Shown piece after piece: positions 59,659 through 64,000 of a stretch of 64,000 nt of DNA (positions within the stretch are counted from its first letter, which is position 1; each line of letters opens with the position of its first letter). Origin of the DNA: Myxococcota bacterium (GTDB lineage: Bacteria; Myxococcota_A; SURF-8; G963663525); assembly GCA_963676915.2 (NCBI GenBank), contig CAXXVK010000010.1, positions 128,001 through 192,000 on the forward strand. Reading direction: 5' to 3'. The translations under genes were made by a program, and so were the position numbers. The notes beneath the pieces are model-generated. The model was not told the origin of the DNA. It did no database searches and saw nothing but the letters and a program-made list of their open reading frames with translations.

Positions 59659-62600
59659 ATGGAAGGGAACCTTTTGAAGGTGTTGGCGACATTTCCCGGT
59701 GCTTTTCAGGTGTTTGCGCTGGTTTGTCTGGTGATGGCCGGCTGTTCGGATTCGCCTGTACCGAGGAGTCCCGTTCGTTGGTCGCGACAAGAGAAACCCT
59801 GGAAGACAACGGGTTTCATACTCTGGAAGAAGCCGACGCGGACGAAGCCTTACCCGAACCGACGGATTGGCAAAACCCGGACGAAGATTTCGAGACAAAC
59901 GACCTGGAAGACAACGACACCTCTACGGAAGAGATTGAAGAGGATTCGGATGAGCCGGTGGTTCGGGTCATCAGCCTGCGCGTGGAAGGAAACGGCGGCA
60001 ATGTGCAGGTATCCTACGAAATCGAAGGCGAAGCGCCCTCTTCGAGCCATCTGATTCCCGGATACAAGGAACAGGACGGCGAATGGGAACAAGCCCACAC
60101 CACGCCGTCCACACTATCAACCGAAGCGGGAAGGCATTCATTGACCTGGCACAGCCATGTGGATCTTCCGTTTACCCAAACCGAAAACCCCACCTTCGGT
60201 CTCTCCTGGGATACTCCGGGAGGCGAGAATCGAACGGTTCAGGTCGAAGCGCTCGACAATCGCTACGTGGTTTCTCCACGCCGGATCGATACTCCGAGAA
60301 ATGTTCCGGCTTATGGACGAGAACCGCAGCTTTTACAAGCACGCGACAACACATTGTACATGCTCTGGAAACAGGAGTCCGGAGAGGACAGAAGCGTCTG
60401 GTTCAACCGTGCCGGGGATGGACGGAAATGGGACGAAAGCGTCGTTGAAGTACCCTTCGGTACGCAAGCTATCGATGATTCGTCGTCGGAGTCGGAAGAG
60501 CAGTTTTTCATGTGCGCGGACGGCAAAGGGGATGTGGCTATCGTACGAACCGTTATTCAGGGAACGGTGAAACGGATCGACTTGCAGGTCTCGGAGAATT
60601 ACGGGCAGCAATGGTTTTCGGCTCCTCGAACGATTTCAGAGGATTTTTACGATCATCACGCGAATCGCAACGTTCAGTGTTTGCTGTTCGATCGGCAATT
60701 GCTGATATCCTGGGTGCAAGAAGACGAAATCAGCACGTCCATAATGTTGCTGGATACTCATCTTTCCTTGTTGCATGACGCGCAGCCCATTGTTTTCGAA
60801 TCTGCTGAGCAAAGCTATCGATTGCTCCAGAACCCTCGTTTCGTGGTTCATGGGAATGTATTTCGCCTGTTCTGGTTGGATTTCGATGGTTCATCTTCAA
60901 GCTGTCAGTTGATATTTCGCCAACGGATCAGCGCTTATACCGATTGGTCGGAGCAACAGGAAGTCGAAATCGATACGGGAGAAAGCACGATCGTGGATTT
61001 CTTCGTCCGGTCGATGGATCACCTGCTGGTTCTGCAAGCGACGATGATGGAATCGACGACAATGCAAATAGGACTTTATCTGTCCGAGGATGGCGGGCAG
61101 CAGTTTTCCGAGAATCTCAGCCCTGGTATTGCTGCCGGTTCCACTGGCTACTTGTGGGCCAACGAGCCTCCGGCCTTGCTGTTGGATGGGGATCACATGG
61201 TGATGGCCTGGCAGGAGGTCGTTTCGTCCTATACCATGTTGAAGGTAGCGTATTCCGCCACGGCGGGGCAGTTCTGGTCGGACCCGGTTGCGTTGTACCA
61301 GTATGAAGATTATGCCAATGTCCACTTGTTGCCTCCTCAACTGGCCTTGGGTGAGGGTTCAAGGGTGGTTTTGACCCACTTTGCCGGGATCGAAGACGAT
61401 GGGGAAGAAGAGGTCGATTTGAGGGTTTTCGAAAGTTCCAACCACGGGGCTTCGTGGTCCTCATCGTACCCCGTCGCGGATGGATTGGTCGTCGAGGACG
61501 AAGACCGCGTGCTTCAAGTGATGAATCTAGGTGGTGGCGTCGTCGGATTGATGACCTTGGGAACGTTTTATCAGCGTATGGAACCGCGCTGGTACGAGTC
61601 GGTCGAAGCCTATCAGTGGAAAGCGGTCGATCCCCGGCCAGGGCATTACGGAAATCGATCCAATTCCTACAACTTTCAGCTATGGAGTCAAGACGATACC
61701 CTATACGGGATCTACATCGACGACCGAGACGACACGCCGTTTCCCTATTTTTCCGTCAGCACGGATGCGGGAGAAAGCTGGCAGCCGGATCAGGCCGTGA
61801 TGCCTCTGGAGGAAAAAGAAGACGCCGCGTATTTCAGTATGGATTTCACGGTGTCCGATCCCCCTGCCGTGCTTTTGCAGACTCGTACGGACATTGAAAG
61901 CCAGTACCATTACGGAAGAGGTATGGATGACAGTTTCTCGCCACCTGCTCCCCAAGGTGGGTTTTCCGGTGAGCACGATGGTCGAATCCTGGATTTGGTC
62001 CATACCGCCAACGGGCCTGTTGCCTTTGTCTATGCCGAGCCTGATACACGGCATCTGATTCGTGTACGGACTTCCACCGACGGTGGAGAAACCTGGTCGT
62101 TCGTCGCCGACGATCTCGAAATGAAACCCGGCTTCGATCGGGGACCGTATCTTGCCATCGAAACCGAACCCTTCGGAGCGCTTGCCGCGTGGTATGCGGT
62201 GCGTTCTTCGGATGATGGCGTGGTTTACGATGTGACGATGGCGCATTTCGATGGTACGGACTGGCAGACGATCCAGAATTCCTGGCTATCCGGGGACGAT
62301 GACAAGCGCGATATCCGGCCCGTTTCCTTGAAGAATGGACGATGGGGGTTGTTGCGCACCACGGCAGAACCTCCATATGGCCTCATCGAACTGTATACGG
62401 CTTTCGACGGAGCACGAGGAACCTGGGCGAAGCAGGAAGGGCTGATTTTCTCCCCATACGATCCGTTGATTCTGAAACATTGGATCGATAACGAAGGGAC
62501 GCTGCACCTGTTGTTCGGAGAAGCCGAATCCGTGGGGACGATGCTTACCTATTGCCGTTTCGATGGCACGAATCTGTACTGGAGCGGGAGGACGACGGTG

Positions 62601-62909
62601 CAGCCGGTGGTTCCCGATGCGAATTCAGTACGATTTACGGGCTTCGGTACGCGAACCTTGTGGACCACCTGGACCGAAACATTCACTCGTTCGCGGGTGT
62701 TGTTTGGCGTGTTCAGTCACGATGGCGGCCAGTACTGGCACGCACCCGTGATTCTCTCGCCGGATCAGGACTATCTCTCCGGGTATGATTTAATCGTCGC
62801 GGACGATGCTACGACACACATTGGTTATTCCGTATACGAAGGGGAGGACCTCAACGTATACGGGATTCGTTGGCCTGCCCTCGTGGAGGATCTCGAAACT
62901 TCTCGTTGA
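59659..62909 (+). CDS. Large acidic lipoprotein with BNR/Asp-box repeats (sialidase-like propellers); probable frameshift near 59795
   Basis: Repeated SxDxGxxW motifs (SEDGGQQF, STDAGESW, STDGGETW, SHDGGQYW); lipobox VMAGC sits in another frame from ATG 59659. Confidence 0.75.
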
Positions 62910-62974
62910 TCCGATCGATCTCAGAAAAAAGTTGAACAAAAGCGGGAAACCGGGTTTAGTGGTCGAAAAAGATC

Positions 62975-63004
62975 TTGCATTGTTTACTGTAATTTTGTAC
63001 AGTA
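62975..63004 (+). promoter_or_regulatory. recA promoter overlapped by a CTGT-N8-ACAG SOS-box-like palindrome
   Basis: TTGCAT-17 nt-TACAGT; TACTGTaattttgtACAGTA at 62985-63004. Confidence 0.7.
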
Positions 63005-63046
63005 TGTCTGTTTTCAAGATGATTTGTCTCGAAAGGGGAGAATTCC

Positions 63047-64000
63047 ATGCCGGCCTCAGCGGATAAACAGGATAAACAAAAGGTTCTCGGCGAAGCGATC
63101 AAGCAAATCGAAAAGCAGTTCGGTAAAGGCTCGATCATGCGTCTTGGCGAGGAAGGCTCTATCGCCGATGTGGAAGTGATCCCCACCGGTGGGGTCGGGT
63201 TGGATGTCGCCTTGGGTATCGGCGGTATCCCCCGAGGGCGTGTCACCGAAATCTACGGACCGGAGTCTTCCGGTAAAACCACCCTGGCGCTCGAAGTTAT
63301 CGCCCAGGCGCAGAAACGTGGCGGTATCGCTGCATTTATCGATGCCGAGCACGCTCTCGACCTCAAGTACGCCCGTGCTTTGGGTGTCGATACGGATGAA
63401 TTGCTCATTTCCCAGCCCGATTACGGTGAACAAGCGCTGGAAATCATGGAAATGCTGGTGCGTTCCAACGCGATCGACGTCATTGCCGTCGACTCGGTGG
63501 CAGCGCTCGTTCCCCGCGCCGAGATCAATGGCGAAATGGGAGATTCTCACGTCGGCCTGCAAGCCCGCCTGATGAGCCAGGCCATGCGCAAAGCCACGGG
63601 CTTGATCAGTAAATCCAATACCGCCGTGATTTTCCTGAACCAGATCCGCATGAAAATCGGCGTCACCTACGGCAGCCCGGAAACCACCACAGGCGGCAAC
63701 GCGCTGAAATTCTATTCCTCGGTACGCATCGATATCCGCCGCATTGCTGCCATCAAGGATTCCGATAGCATCCTTGGGAATCGCACGCGGGCGAAAATCG
63801 TGAAAAACAAGCTTGCTCCGCCCCACCGACAGATCGAATTCGACATCATGTTCGGTACCGGCATCAGCCATGAAGGCATGGCGCTGGATATGGGAAGCGA
63901 TCTGGATCTTGTCGAAAAGGCCGGTTCGTGGTACAGCTATAAAGGAGAAAGGCTGGGACAAGGCCGGGAAAACGCAAAACGGTTTTTAAGAGAGAATACC
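63047..64000 (+). CDS. recA: Recombinase A, truncated by the window end
   Basis: Translated by hand from ATG 63047: [54 protein letters not shown]. Confidence 0.97.
   Translation, partial: MPASADKQDKQKVLGEAIKQIEKQFGKGSIMRLGEEGSIADVEVIPTGGVGLDVALGIGGIPRGRVTEIYGPESSGKTTLALEVIAQAQKRGGIAAFIDAEHALDLKYARALGVDTDELLISQPDYGEQALEIMEMLVRSNAIDVIAVDSVAALVPRAEINGEMGDSHVGLQARLMSQAMRKATGLISKSNTAVIFLNQIRMKIGVTYGSPETTTGGNALKFYSSVRIDIRRIAAIKDSDSILGNRTRAKIVKNKLAPPHRQIEFDIMFGTGISHEGMALDMGSDLDLVEKAGSWYSYKGERLGQGRENAKRFLRENT

Overview
Chromosomal window from a moderately GC-rich Gram-negative bacterium. The gene content (TSP3-OmpA protein, Hanks-type kinase, acidic-linker lipoproteins, RRM protein) suggests a Myxococcota/'Deltaproteobacteria'-like lineage; this is inference. 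It carries housekeeping and metabolic genes (pepA, an isolated dnaA, fbp, ihfB, tnaA, galE, rpmB, partial recA, tRNA-Arg(CCT)), several GT-C (PMT/ArnT-like) membrane glycosyltransferases, lipoproteins and small AT-richer islets (rloAB-like, AIPR, an orphan ORF). Intergenic DNA holds at least three families of REP-like palindromes and two MITE-like elements; no transposase, integrase or CRISPR array was seen. Top candidates for new biology: (1) a Ser/Thr kinase fused to a full-length, apparently non-catalytic paralog of the GT-C enzyme at 17116-19107; (2) a histone-H1-like Lys-rich tail fused to a BCP peroxiredoxin with Ser in place of its peroxidatic Cys; (3) single cargo genes bracketed by duplicated 3' flanks or REPs; (4) an orphan GlmL-like ATPase with an uncharacterised partner. 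Several apparent homopolymer frameshifts suggest long-read errors. All calls come from motif recognition by eye; no searches were run.
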